Assembly (NCBI GenBank): GCA_963769425.1
Contig: CAVYLP010000002.1
Coordinates: 32,001-96,000, forward strand
Source of the DNA: Candidatus Bathyarchaeota archaeon
Lineage (GTDB): Archaea; Thermoproteota; Bathyarchaeia; TCS64
Length of the DNA stretch: 64,000 bases
Direction: 5' to 3'
How positions within the stretch are numbered: the first letter of the stretch is position 1; each line of letters begins with the position of its first letter. The position numbers and the translations under genes were made by a program. Shown here piece after piece: positions 9,582 to 20,590 of this stretch. Under the pieces are notes generated by a model that did not search any database, was not told where the DNA came from, and saw only the letters and a list, made by a program, of their open reading frames with translations.

Positions 9582-10436
9582 TTGTCGGTGAGGCGCCCCT
9601 ACGTCGCGGGGAGCTTCTATCCCCGCGAACCCCAGCGCCTCAGACAAGATATTGAAACTTGTTTCAAGCACACCCTAGGGCCGGGGAGACTTCCCATCGA
9701 GGGCTATAAACCAAGGACCATCACAGCTATCGTCTGCCCACACGCCGGTTACATGTACAGTGGCCCAGTCGCGGCACACAGCTACCTAGCACTCTCAGAG
9801 GAGAAGAAGCCGGACACAGCCATCATCCTCTGCCCGAACCACACGGGGAGGGGTAGCGCCCTCTCCCTTATGGGAAAAGGCGTTTGGGAAACTCCGCTCG
9901 GCAGGGTCAACATCGACGAGGAGATGTCGAGGGCTATCTTCGACGCCTCCGGCATGGTCGACATGGATGATACCGCTCACGCATATGAGCACTCGATCGA
10001 GGTCCAGCTCCCGTTCCTCCAGTACCTCTACGATTCAGCTATCTGCATAGTCCCAATCTGCATGGGACTCCAGGATCTCGACATCAGCAGGAACCTCGGC
10101 GAGGCAATAGCAGAGGCCACTAAATCGAAGAACACAGTTGTCATCGCCTCAACCGATATGACACACCAAGAGTCCCAGCAGTCCGCCACGCGAAAAGACC
10201 GACTCGTCCTCGACGCTATCGAAGCCATGGACGAGGAAAAAGTCCAAAAAACCGTCGAGAGCCACCGAATCACCATGTGCGGATACGGCCCAGTCTCAGC
10301 CGCCCTCGTCGCCTCAAAGCGCTTAGGAGCGAACAGGGCAGAAATCTTATCATACCACACGAGCGGGGATATAACGGGTGACCATGGGGCGGTGGTCGGA
10401 TACGCCTCTGCGAAGATCACCCGAACGGTGCAATAG
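9582..10436 (+). CDS. MEMO1 family protein (AmmeMemoRadiSam B)
   Basis: AGSFYP, PHAGYMYSG, EHSIEVQLPF, MCGYGP, VVGYAS. Confidence 0.9.
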   Translation: MSVRRPYVAGSFYPREPQRLRQDIETCFKHTLGPGRLPIEGYKPRTITAIVCPHAGYMYSGPVAAHSYLALSEEKKPDTAIILCPNHTGRGSALSLMGKGVWETPLGRVNIDEEMSRAIFDASGMVDMDDTAHAYEHSIEVQLPFLQYLYDSAICIVPICMGLQDLDISRNLGEAIAEATKSKNTVVIASTDMTHQESQQSATRKDRLVLDAIEAMDEEKVQKTVESHRITMCGYGPVSAALVASKRLGANRAEILSYHTSGDITGDHGAVVGYASAKITRTVQ

Positions 10437-11432
10437 ATGAGCGCAGAGGCGACGGCTCCAGGGAAGATAATCCTATTCGGAGAACACAGCGTGGTCTACA
10501 AGGGACCGGCAATACTCCTCGCCGTTGATAGACGCGCCACCGTCACCGCCTCCAAACGCGACGATAAACGAATCTACATAGACTCTGAGGACCTCGGCTT
10601 CTCCGGCTACTTTAACGACAGCGAGTACACCGCCGTCACCGGGAAGGCGTGGAGAGGTAGGAACATGATGGCACTCGACGTCGCCGCGCGGAAGGTCATG
10701 TCCCACCTCGGCGTCGACGCAGGGGTTAACCTCAAGGTCAGGAGCATGATACCCATCGCCGTCGGCCTCGGCTCCTCCGCAGCCGTATGCGTCGCAACAA
10801 CCGCGGCCGTGGGCGAGCTATTCGACGCCAATCTTACAAAGGAGAAAATATCCGAGCTCAGCTTCGAGGGAGAGAAGGTCATACACGGCAATCCAAGCGG
10901 CGCCGACAACAGCATTGCTACCTACGGGGGTATAATGCGGTACGAGCGCGGCGTCGGCCTTAAGAGACTCCAACTCGACGCCCCCCTCCCCTTCATCATC
11001 GGCAATACACGCAGGAAGCGCTCCACACGCAACATGGTCGAGGGCGTCAAGGAACTAAAGGACAAGAACCCGGAGGTCGTCGACCCGATAATATACACCA
11101 TGGCGGGCCTATCCCAGACCGGCCTAGACGCCCTCCTCCGGGGGGATAAGCAGAAGCTAGGCGACCTCATGAACATCAACCATGGCCTCCTCTCCGCTAT
11201 CGGCGTCTCGACGATCGAGCTAGACGACCTCGTCTACGCAGCCCGTCGAGAGGGGGCTCTGGGCGCAAAGCTCACCGGCGCCGGGGGAGGAGGCTGCATG
11301 ATCGCCCTAGCTGAAGAGGAGCATCTAAGCAATATCGAGAAGAGCATCAGGGCCTCGCGCGGCCAATCCATGAGGGTCAACGTCACCGACGAGGGTGTGA
11401 AAACGAGGAAGATCAAGGATGGAGATTCTTAA
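10437..11432 (+). CDS. mvk: Mevalonate kinase
   Basis: PGKIILFGEHSVV, GLGSSAA, HGNPSG, KLTGAGGGG. Confidence 0.95.
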   Translation: MSAEATAPGKIILFGEHSVVYKGPAILLAVDRRATVTASKRDDKRIYIDSEDLGFSGYFNDSEYTAVTGKAWRGRNMMALDVAARKVMSHLGVDAGVNLKVRSMIPIAVGLGSSAAVCVATTAAVGELFDANLTKEKISELSFEGEKVIHGNPSGADNSIATYGGIMRYERGVGLKRLQLDAPLPFIIGNTRRKRSTRNMVEGVKELKDKNPEVVDPIIYTMAGLSQTGLDALLRGDKQKLGDLMNINHGLLSAIGVSTIELDDLVYAARREGALGAKLTGAGGGGCMIALAEEEHLSNIEKSIRASRGQSMRVNVTDEGVKTRKIKDGDS

Positions 11433-12198
11433 GCTCGGCGGCTCAGTCGTCACCCACAAGGACAGGAAACGGACACCCAACAACGAGGCAATAGCCCGCC
11501 TCGCGACGGAGGTCGCAACCGCAGGGCCGAGAAGGCTCATAATAATCCATGGCGGGGGCAGCTACGGTCACCCCCTAGCCAAGGAGTACGACATAGCAAC
11601 CGGCTACAAGTCCCCCAATCAACTAGCCGGCTTCTCCCTGACGCATCAGGCCATGGTCGAGTTAAACAAGCTGATAGTTGATGCCTTCCTTGACGCGGGT
11701 GTGCCAGCCATCTCGATCGCGCCGTCATCATTCATCACAACCGAGGACCGGAGAATCACAACAATCGACTTCGGCATCGTTTCGAGAGCGGTCGAATCTA
11801 GCTTCGTCCCCGTCCTCTACGGAGACGCAGTTCTTGACACGATGCTCAAGTTCACGATCCTATCAGGGGACCAGCTCGCCGCGAGGCTGGCTACAGATCT
11901 AGGAGCGTGCCGGATAATCTTCGGCGTTGACGTCGACGGCGTTTACACAGCCAACCCCAAGCTAGTAAAGGAGGCCCGATTGATTGAAGAACTGTCCTTA
12001 GAGCAGATGAGGGGCATGATCAAGGTGGGTGAGGCGCTATCAACGGATGTCACCGGCGGGATGCTGGGGAAGATCAGGGAGGCCGGGGCAGCCGTCGAGG
12101 CGGGGGTCGAGGTCCAGCTAGTAAACGCCCTCAAACCAGGAGTTGTCCACGACGCGCTCCGCGGCGAAAAAGTGGCGTGCACGTGGCTAAGGAGGTAA
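11419..12198 (+). CDS. ipk: Isopentenyl phosphate kinase
   Basis: LKLGGSVVT, HGGGSYGH, LYGD, SGD, DVTGGM. Confidence 0.9.
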   Translation: MEILKLGGSVVTHKDRKRTPNNEAIARLATEVATAGPRRLIIIHGGGSYGHPLAKEYDIATGYKSPNQLAGFSLTHQAMVELNKLIVDAFLDAGVPAISIAPSSFITTEDRRITTIDFGIVSRAVESSFVPVLYGDAVLDTMLKFTILSGDQLAARLATDLGACRIIFGVDVDGVYTANPKLVKEARLIEELSLEQMRGMIKVGEALSTDVTGGMLGKIREAGAAVEAGVEVQLVNALKPGVVHDALRGEKVACTWLRR

Positions 12199-12202
12199 GG
12201 AC

Positions 12203-13294
12203 ATGAGCATAGAGGAGAGAAAGCAGAGACACATCAGGATCAGCCTCGAGGAGAACGTCGAATCAGAGATACCGACCGGTTTCGGCGATATCAACCTAGT
12301 CCACAGGGCCCTCCCAGAGATCGACCTCAGTGACGTCGACGCAAGCGTAGAGCTCCTCGGGAGGAGGCTCTCCGCGCCCATCATCATCTCGGCCATAACA
12401 GGCGGCACCGAGGAGGCTAGGAAGATAAATGGAACCCTAGCTAGGGTCGCCCAGAGAACCGGTATCGGAATAGGCGTAGGTAGCCAGAGGATAGCTATCC
12501 AGCAACCCGAGGTCGAGGGGACCTTCCGCGTCGTCAGGGACGAGGCCCCAGACGCCCTAATAATAGGCAACATAGGCTGCCCCCAGCTAAGCCTCGGCTG
12601 GGGCGCCGAGGAGGCCAAGAAGGCCGTCGACATGGTCGAGGCGGACGCCCTCGCAATTCACATGAACCCCCTACAGGAAGCAGTTCAGGTCGGTGGCGAT
12701 ACAAACTACCGTGGTCTTGTGGAGAAGATCGGTTCCCTCACCTCGTCCCTCGGGGTCCCGGTTATCATGAAGGAGACGGGTGCGGGTATCTCATACGAGG
12801 ACACCGCGAGGCTCGAGAAGGCCGGGGTATCTGGATTTGAGATAAGCGGCCTCGGGGGCACGAGCTGGGCAGCCGTGGAGCATCACATCGCGAGAGAGGT
12901 CGGCGACGCCCGCCAGGAGTACCTCGGCAAATCCCTCTGGAGCTGGGGCATACCCACGGCCTGCAGCCTCGTCGAGGTCAGGGCAGCCTCGAAGGGAAAG
13001 ATCATCGCCTCCGGTGGACTCAGGAGCGGTCTAGACATCACTAAAGCCCTCGCGCTTGGAGCTGACGCCACAGGGATCGCCAAACCCTTCCTCCAGAAGG
13101 CGATCGAGGGCGAGGAGGCCCTCCAGAAATACGTCGAGACCATCATCACTGAGACCAAGATCTGCATGTTTCTAGTCGGTGCACGGAACGTCGCGGAGAT
13201 GAGGCGCGTCCCCGTCGTCGTCACAGGGTGGACCGCGGAATGGCTAAGGACGAGGGGCCTCGACACCGCCCACCTCGGAACACGGGGGAGGTAG
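12203..13294 (+). CDS. fni: Type 2 isopentenyl-diphosphate isomerase
   Basis: RKQRHI, GVGSQR, HMNPLQE, KETGAG, GGTSW, SGGLRSG. Confidence 0.95.
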   Translation: MSIEERKQRHIRISLEENVESEIPTGFGDINLVHRALPEIDLSDVDASVELLGRRLSAPIIISAITGGTEEARKINGTLARVAQRTGIGIGVGSQRIAIQQPEVEGTFRVVRDEAPDALIIGNIGCPQLSLGWGAEEAKKAVDMVEADALAIHMNPLQEAVQVGGDTNYRGLVEKIGSLTSSLGVPVIMKETGAGISYEDTARLEKAGVSGFEISGLGGTSWAAVEHHIAREVGDARQEYLGKSLWSWGIPTACSLVEVRAASKGKIIASGGLRSGLDITKALALGADATGIAKPFLQKAIEGEEALQKYVETIITETKICMFLVGARNVAEMRRVPVVVTGWTAEWLRTRGLDTAHLGTRGR

Positions 13295-13338
13295 GACAGC
13301 TTTTATCTCCGTCGGGGATTTGCTACCGAGTGGTCGGA

Positions 13339-14343
13339 ATGTCAAGCGGCGACGTCATAAAGAAGAAGCTGGTGCAGAGCGTCAAACCAGTGGACGCCTT
13401 CATCGATGAGATACTAAAGCCAAGGAGACCAGAGGTGCTCTACGACGCCTCGAGGCACCTTGTCATGGCGGGTGGGAAGAGGCTCCGCCCGTTCCTCACA
13501 ATGAAGTCATGTGAGGCCATGGGAGGCCACTCCAAGGACGCGATCCCCTTCGCTGCGGCCCTCGAGATACTCCACAACTTCACCCTCGTCCACGACGACG
13601 TCATGGACAACGACTCGATGAGGCGGGGGGCACCGACCGTCCACACGAAGTGGGGCGTCCCCATGGCCATAGCCGCAGGGGACCTACTCTTCGCAAAGGT
13701 CTTCCAGGCGATGACAACCTACGCCCCCGAAGGAATGAACGCCAGGCGCATCAACGAGTGTATCGAGATCGCCACGACGGCGACCATCGAGATCTGCGAG
13801 GGGCAGGCACTGGACATCTCCTTCCCGAATACGGTCGATGTCACCGAGGACGACTACATAACTATGGTCGGTGGAAAGACGAGCGCCCTCTTTAAGGCGT
13901 GCGCCGAGGTGGGCGCCATAGTCGGCGGGGGTAAGAAGCGTCAAGTCAAGGCGATAGGACAGTTCGCATGGGACGCGGGAATCGCCTTCCAGCTCATGGA
14001 CGACTACCTTGGGGCAACCGCCGACGAGAAGACCCTCGGGAAGCCTGTGGGGAGCGACCTCAGAGAGGGAAAGAAGACCTTCATCATCCTCCACGCCCTC
14101 CGGAAGGCTAAGCCACGCCAGAAGGAGAGGATACTCACCGTCCTCGGGAACCCAGCCGCGACCAAGCAACAGATCGAGGAGACTAACACCCTCCTAAAGG
14201 AGATCGACTCAATCGACTACACGCTGAAGAGGGCGGACAAGTACATTGCGACTGCCAAGAAGCACATTAATAAACTCCCCGACACTGAGGCGAAGAGCGA
14301 CCTGTTGGCGCTAATCGACTACTTCATTAACAGACAGTATTAA
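13339..14343 (+). CDS. idsA: Polyprenyl (geranylgeranyl) diphosphate synthase
   Basis: GGKRLRP, LVHDDVMD..RRG, FQLMDD, GSDLREGK. Confidence 0.9.
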   Translation: MSSGDVIKKKLVQSVKPVDAFIDEILKPRRPEVLYDASRHLVMAGGKRLRPFLTMKSCEAMGGHSKDAIPFAAALEILHNFTLVHDDVMDNDSMRRGAPTVHTKWGVPMAIAAGDLLFAKVFQAMTTYAPEGMNARRINECIEIATTATIEICEGQALDISFPNTVDVTEDDYITMVGGKTSALFKACAEVGAIVGGGKKRQVKAIGQFAWDAGIAFQLMDDYLGATADEKTLGKPVGSDLREGKKTFIILHALRKAKPRQKERILTVLGNPAATKQQIEETNTLLKEIDSIDYTLKRADKYIATAKKHINKLPDTEAKSDLLALIDYFINRQY

Positions 14344-14363
14344 AAAAAGCGAAGACGGTACAT

Positions 14364-14720
14364 CTACTTCTTCGTCGTGTACGTGTACTTGACGCCGAGA
14401 GGCTTCAGAGTATCGTCGATCTTCTTCATGATCATACTCAATTGGTCCTTGCTCGGCTCCTTGAACCATTCGAAGACGAAGTCATAGCCCTTCATGTCCT
14501 TGGATTTGCTTATGATGTTTGCGCAGCGCTTCTCCATGGTTTCCCCTTCAGCCGCAAAGTAGTTCATTGTACCAGTCTGCGTGTTGAACATAGGCTCCTC
14601 TGATTGGATGTACAGATCCATGATGCACACCTCGGGCGTCTCAAGAGCAAGTTTCTCCAGGGCCTTTACCCCGTCCTTTACGGGTCCTTCAAGTTTGAGG
14701 AAGGTCTTCATCTTAATCAC
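14364..14720 (-). CDS. Hypothetical protein (~115 aa)
   Basis: Clean ORF that fills the idsA-gltX gap; no motif recognised. Confidence 0.7.
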   Translation of the reverse strand: MIKMKTFLKLEGPVKDGVKALEKLALETPEVCIMDLYIQSEEPMFNTQTGTMNYFAAEGETMEKRCANIISKSKDMKGYDFVFEWFKEPSKDQLSMIMKKIDDTLKPLGVKYTYTTKK

Positions 14721-14840
14721 TGGGTTTTTTCACGTAATCGCTGTTAATATATTCGTTTTATTTTTTGTGACTATAACCAATGGTAAATTTGGAAAAGGAT
14801 AAGTGTTTTCCACCTGCCTATTGGGGCGTAGTGGTCTCCT

Positions 14841-16559
14841 GTGGGCCTAGATAAAATGAAGGAGTCTGCGGTCAAGTACGCCGTCTTCAACGCGTCCCAG
14901 TATGGCGGTAAGGCGAGCCTCGGCTCGGTGATGGGGAGGATATTCGCCGAGTACCCAGAGGCGAAGGCAAATGCCAAGGACGTCCAGCGCCTCGTAATGG
15001 GCGTAGTCGCCGACGTCAACTCCTGGCCCCTAGAGAAGATAATGGAGACCGTTAAGCAGTGGCCTGAGCTGTTCGAGGTGAAGAAGGCGAAGGAGAAGAA
15101 GACCCTCCCACCGCTAAAAAACGTAGACGAGTGGCCGATAGTCAAGGTGAGGTTCGCCCCTAACCCCGATGGGCCCCTCCACCTCGGGAGTGCCGAGTCC
15201 ATCATCTTCAGCGACGAGTACGCCAAGCAGTATAAGGGTCACTTCATACTTCGCTTTGAGGACACGAGCGCCGACGTGAAGCCACCGATCCCCCAGATGT
15301 ATGAGTGGATCCAAGAGGACCTCAAGTGGCTCGGCGTCAAGGTGGACGAGACGTACGTCCAATCCGACAGACTCCCCATTTACTACGAATACGCCGAAAA
15401 GATCCTCGGCATGGGCGCTGCCTACGTGTGCACGTGCGAGTCAGAGGAGTACAAGAGGCTCTACATGGCGAAGGAACCATGTCCCTGCAGGAACATGTCT
15501 CCGGAGGAGCACCTAAGGCGTTGGCATATGATGATTGATGGCGGCTTCAAGCGGGGGGAGGCAGTCGTCAGGGTTAAGACGGACATCACACACCCAAACC
15601 CGGCTGTCAGGGACTGGCCAGCCCTCAGAATAAGCACTCGGTCGCACCCACTCCAGAAGAAAAAGTACCGCGTCTGGCCCCTCTATAACTTCAGTTGTGC
15701 CGTGGACGACCATTTAATGGGCGTCAGCCACGTCATCAGGGGTAAGGAGCACGAGGTGAACAGCGCCCGCCAGAAATACCTCTACGACCACTTCGGCTGG
15801 CAGTTCCCGGAGGTCATCAACGTCGGGCGTCTCGGGCTCGAGGCGGGGATTCTGAGCAAATCGAAGATCAGAGCAGGGGTGGACGCCGGCGTCTACACCG
15901 GCTGGGACGATCCTCGGCTCGGCACCCTCAGAGCACTGAAGCGCAGGGGCCTACAACCCGAGACGATCAGAGAGATAATGCTGCAGATTGGGCCTAAACC
16001 GATCAACGTAATGATCAGCTGGGGGAACTTCGCTGCCGCGAACAAGAAGATAATCGACCCAAATGCTAACCGTTACTTCTTCGTCAACGAGCCCGTCGAG
16101 CTAAAGGTGAAGGGGGTAATGGATGCCCTCAAGGCGAAGCTGCCCCTTCACCCCGATCACCCTGAGAAGGGATATCGTGAGTACGTTGTTTTGCCTGAGA
16201 ATGGTGTTTGCACCTTCCTTCTCTCTTCAAAGGACTTGGATGACGCGAAGGGAAAAATCATCCGCCTCATGGGACTCGTCAACGTCGAGGTGACGAAGAC
16301 GGGTAAGAGAGCTGAGGCAAAGTTCCACTCCAAGGAGCACCAAGTCGCACGCGAGAAAGGGGCGCCTTTCATACACTGGCTAACCAAGGACAACTCAGTG
16401 GATGCTGAGGTCGTCATGCCAGACGCGTCCACTGCCAAGGGTAGGGCTGAGAGGCTCGCCTCGGAGCTCGATGTCGACGCCATGCTCCAGTTCGAGAGGT
16501 TCGGCTTCGTACGTGTCGACTCGAAGGAGCCCCTCAGGTTCTACTACGCCCATGACTAG
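14841..16559 (+). CDS. gltX: Glutamate-tRNA ligase
   Basis: RFAPNPDGPLHLG, LRFEDT, LSKS, WDDPRL, QFERFGF. Confidence 0.95.
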   Translation: MGLDKMKESAVKYAVFNASQYGGKASLGSVMGRIFAEYPEAKANAKDVQRLVMGVVADVNSWPLEKIMETVKQWPELFEVKKAKEKKTLPPLKNVDEWPIVKVRFAPNPDGPLHLGSAESIIFSDEYAKQYKGHFILRFEDTSADVKPPIPQMYEWIQEDLKWLGVKVDETYVQSDRLPIYYEYAEKILGMGAAYVCTCESEEYKRLYMAKEPCPCRNMSPEEHLRRWHMMIDGGFKRGEAVVRVKTDITHPNPAVRDWPALRISTRSHPLQKKKYRVWPLYNFSCAVDDHLMGVSHVIRGKEHEVNSARQKYLYDHFGWQFPEVINVGRLGLEAGILSKSKIRAGVDAGVYTGWDDPRLGTLRALKRRGLQPETIREIMLQIGPKPINVMISWGNFAAANKKIIDPNANRYFFVNEPVELKVKGVMDALKAKLPLHPDHPEKGYREYVVLPENGVCTFLLSSKDLDDAKGKIIRLMGLVNVEVTKTGKRAEAKFHSKEHQVAREKGAPFIHWLTKDNSVDAEVVMPDASTAKGRAERLASELDVDAMLQFERFGFVRVDSKEPLRFYYAHD

Positions 16560-16622
16560 CGTCGCCGTTTACATAACGTTTAAAAAGAAAGAGTCGGCGT
16601 CTACTATGCACAACTGGAGGAA

Positions 16623-17012
16623 ATGACAATGTCCGATCCTTCGAAGAAACCATTCTACGTAAAGTTTGAAGTCCCAAAAGAAGTAGTCGAAGCCGCCTAT
16701 GAGGCCCTGAAGGTCGCCCGAGAGACGGGTAAGATCAGGAAGGGCACGAACGAGACGACCAAGACGATCGAGAGGGGCAAGGCGAAGCTCGTCCTCATCG
16801 CCGAGGATGTATCGCCCCCAGAGGTAGTAGCACATCTTCCCCTCCTCTGCGATGAGAGAAAGGCCGCCTATGTCTACGTGCCGGAGAAGCAGCGCATCGG
16901 CGAGGCTCTCGGCCTGACAGTGGGCAGCGCCGCTGCGGCCATCGAGGAGACGGGTGACTCCGAGAAGCTGGTCGCCGAGATCGTCGAGAAGCTCAAGGGT
17001 ATAGTAAAGTAG
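16623..17012 (+). CDS. rpl7ae: 50S ribosomal protein L7Ae
   Basis: KGTNETTK, IAEDVSPPEVVAHLP. Confidence 0.95.
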   Translation: MTMSDPSKKPFYVKFEVPKEVVEAAYEALKVARETGKIRKGTNETTKTIERGKAKLVLIAEDVSPPEVVAHLPLLCDERKAAYVYVPEKQRIGEALGLTVGSAAAAIEETGDSEKLVAEIVEKLKGIVK

Positions 17013-17023
17013 GGTGAACCTCA

Positions 17024-17236
17024 GTGTCCGAGGAACAGGAGAGCCTGACGCAAGCGACGGTCATCCAGATACTGGGCAGGACCGGTCTGACCGGTGAGGT
17101 CATGCAGGTCCGCGTCAGGATCGAGGATGGCAGGGACAAGGGTCGCATCATCACCAGAAACGTAAAGGGTCCGGTGAGGATAGACGACCTGCTGCTGCTA
17201 CGCGAGACTGAGCGCGAGGCTAGGAAGATCAGGTAG
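17024..17236 (+). CDS. rps28e: 30S ribosomal protein S28e
   Basis: [26 protein letters not shown]. Confidence 0.95.
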   Translation: MSEEQESLTQATVIQILGRTGLTGEVMQVRVRIEDGRDKGRIITRNVKGPVRIDDLLLLRETEREARKIR

Positions 17237-17245
17237 GTATAGTAT

Positions 17246-17431
17246 ATGCCGACTGTCTACAAGTGCGCGTTCTGCGGGAGCGACATCGCTCCCGGCACCG
17301 GGATAGGCTTCGTCCGCAGGGACGGGCGTGTCCTCAGGTTCTGTGGCAGTAAGTGCAGGAAGTGCAGCCTGAAGTTGAAGAGAGACCCTAGGAAGTTCAA
17401 GTGGACAAAGGCTTGGGGCCAGCAGCGGTAA
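17246..17431 (+). CDS. rpl24e: 50S ribosomal protein L24e
   Basis: CAFCG..PGTG..FCGSKC..PRKFKWT. Confidence 0.95.
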   Translation: MPTVYKCAFCGSDIAPGTGIGFVRRDGRVLRFCGSKCRKCSLKLKRDPRKFKWTKAWGQQR

Positions 17432-17647
17432 GACCACACTTTTCATCAATATTTTAAATCATTTTAAAATGCATTAAATGTACGTTTTTGCATATAATCG
17501 ATCCCAATCGGCGCCTTATTCGAGCCCCATTTTCATCTCAAGTGCCCTATTTTGGCCTGGATGGTGAGCCCCCTTTTTAAGTGGCGACATCCACCAACTA
17601 CCAATTTTTCTAGAAGAATTGAAGTAGCCTCGATTGCTTCTTCAACC

Positions 17648-18082
17648 ATGAACGTAATCGAATCAAAGGGGCCACCGGGGCTGGTCGCCATCGGTCTAGG
17701 GCCCGACGATAAACTCCTAGAGTCCATTCAAGCCGTGATTAAGAGCCACAACATCCGTGATGGCACAGTGGTCTCGGGGATAGGCACGCTGAAGCGGTGC
17801 CACATGCACTACGTCAACACGACGACGTTCCCGGCGGAGAATAGGTTCTACGTTATCGAGGAGCCTCTTGAGATTGGCTCGATCAGTGGGTTGATCGCGG
17901 ACTATGAGCCCCACTTGCACATGACGGCGGGCTGCAGGGATCAGAGGACATACACCGGACATGTTGAGCCAGGATGCGTTGTGCTCTACTTGGCTGAAGT
18001 ACTAATCATGAGAATCGACGATATGAAGCTGGGTAGGGACCTGAATGGACGCGGTGTCTCTCTCCTAGTGGAGAGGCGTTAA
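17648..18082 (+). CDS. PPC/DUF296 domain protein
   Basis: SGIGTL, EIGSISGLI, HLH, GHV..GC; start at ATG 17648. Confidence 0.85.
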   Translation: MNVIESKGPPGLVAIGLGPDDKLLESIQAVIKSHNIRDGTVVSGIGTLKRCHMHYVNTTTFPAENRFYVIEEPLEIGSISGLIADYEPHLHMTAGCRDQRTYTGHVEPGCVVLYLAEVLIMRIDDMKLGRDLNGRGVSLLVERR

Positions 18083-18088
18083 ATTAGT

Positions 18089-18173
18089 TGGTGCAGGGGG
18101 TGGGGTTCGAACCCACGGAGGACTAACCATCAGGTCCTGAACCTGACCCCTTTGGCCACTCGGGAACCCCTGC
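18089..18173 (-). tRNA. tRNA-Leu(CAG), intronless, CCA encoded
   Basis: Reverse complement GCAGGGG..TCAGG-TTCAGGA-CCTGA, long variable arm, GTGGG-TTCGAAC-CCCAC-CCCCTGC-A-CCA. Confidence 0.95.
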
Positions 18174-18188
18174 ACAATAATTAGGTGG

Positions 18189-18589
18189 CTAGTGCTTGAG
18201 CGTCGTGAGGTGTTGTTTATACTTTTCGGCGTCCATTAGTTTTGCTGCGTTAGCCTCCCAGTTGCTGGGCTTTACCTTCGCGATCCATCCCTCACCGTAG
18301 GGGTCAGTGTTGATCTTCTCTGGGCTGTCCAGGAGAGCCTCGTTGACTTCTACAACAGTGCCCGTGACGGGGCTGTAAAAGTCTGAGACCGCCTTCACGG
18401 ATTCAACGGCGCCAATCGCCTCACCTTGAGCGATGGCGGCTTCCTTCTTTGGTAGCTCAACATAGACTATCTCGTGTAGCTGCGCCTGTGCGTAGTCGCT
18501 TATGCCGATTGTGACGACCTCGCCGGCGGGCTTAGCCCACTCGTGCTCGCTCGTGTAGAATAATCCGGTTTCAACCTTTACTTCATCTG

Positions 18590-18593
<4 letters not shown>
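18189..18593 (-). CDS. gcvH: Glycine cleavage system H protein
   Basis: HEW, GISDYAQ, ESVKAVSD (lipoyl Lys), DPYGEGW. Confidence 0.95.
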
Positions 18594-19715
<1,122 letters not shown>

Positions 19716-19777
19716 ACCGGATTACCGGTTAGATATGCAATGGGGGGATGGTTAAAACCCTATCTGGAAGGTATACT

Positions 19778-19948
19778 CTACTTACCGCCGGTAGGGCGGA
19801 CGTCGACGCCCTCGGTGGAAAACTTTAGCTCCTTCTTGCACTTCGGGCACTTCCCCTCATACTTCTTTATGACATCCTGCGGAGACTTCAGGAGGTCCCC
19901 CTCGTAGAGAACTTCCTTACACGATTTGCAGACAATCTTCTGAGGCAA
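19778..19948 (-). CDS. Small Zn-ribbon protein (56 aa), absent from the ORF track
   Basis: TTG start; MPQKIVCKSCKEVLYEGDLLKSPQDVIKKYEGKCPKCKKELKFSTEGVDVRPTGGK with two CxxC pairs. Confidence 0.8.
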   Translation of the reverse strand: MPQKIVCKSCKEVLYEGDLLKSPQDVIKKYEGKCPKCKKELKFSTEGVDVRPTGGK

Positions 19949-20080
19949 TTCGCCCACCGTCTAGAGAAGCTCCAAGCCAATGGCATATAAACCTCATCAT
20001 CAGGGAGCCCCTTTTCGTCCCTTCCACGGCGCAAAAGGATATATTGGTACCGAGCACATCATTCCGAGAAGGGGTCTAAG

Positions 20081-20479
20081 GTGGCTCACCCATCAGGCAA
20101 GGCAAAGGATGTCCCAAGGATACGCCATAATAAACAGCTTGAGACGATATCAAGCTACGCGGGCATAGCGATGGTGGTCTTTATAATCTTCCTTTTAGGC
20201 GGGGGAGTTTACGACATAATTGAGACGCCCGCGGCGGTTCTCCAGACGTCAAGCGGCTCCTACACGTCCATCAGTCCCTACGCTGGGGAGCAGACCATCA
20301 ACGAGAGCATAGTCAGCATGTTCCTGATTGGCTTCTGTTTCGTCGGCCTTTTCCTCGTCTACAGGAGCGCGCAGGTACTCTACGACAAATCGAAGGCGAA
20401 CATAACCCTGATGATAGGTCTGAGCCTGGCCCTCGTGGGTGCCGCGGGAGCCTACGTTCTGCTCCTTCTAAAGGGTTAG
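20081..20479 (+). CDS. 3-TM membrane protein resembling oligosaccharyltransferase subunit OSTC/DC2 (OST3/OST6 family)
   Basis: FLLGGGVYDIIETP..EQTINES..FL..GLFLV matches the GG..YD.I..P..Q...E pattern I recall for DC2/OST3. Confidence 0.65.
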   Translation: MAHPSGKAKDVPRIRHNKQLETISSYAGIAMVVFIIFLLGGGVYDIIETPAAVLQTSSGSYTSISPYAGEQTINESIVSMFLIGFCFVGLFLVYRSAQVLYDKSKANITLMIGLSLALVGAAGAYVLLLLKG

Positions 20480-20590
20480 AGGAACACTTTATCTTGGAAT
20501 TCCAGTAGCCAGTTTCTTATATTCGATTATTCTACGACGCCCTTGAAAAGGTCTTATGAGCATTGGGTGTGTATTGGATCCGTGATCTAG

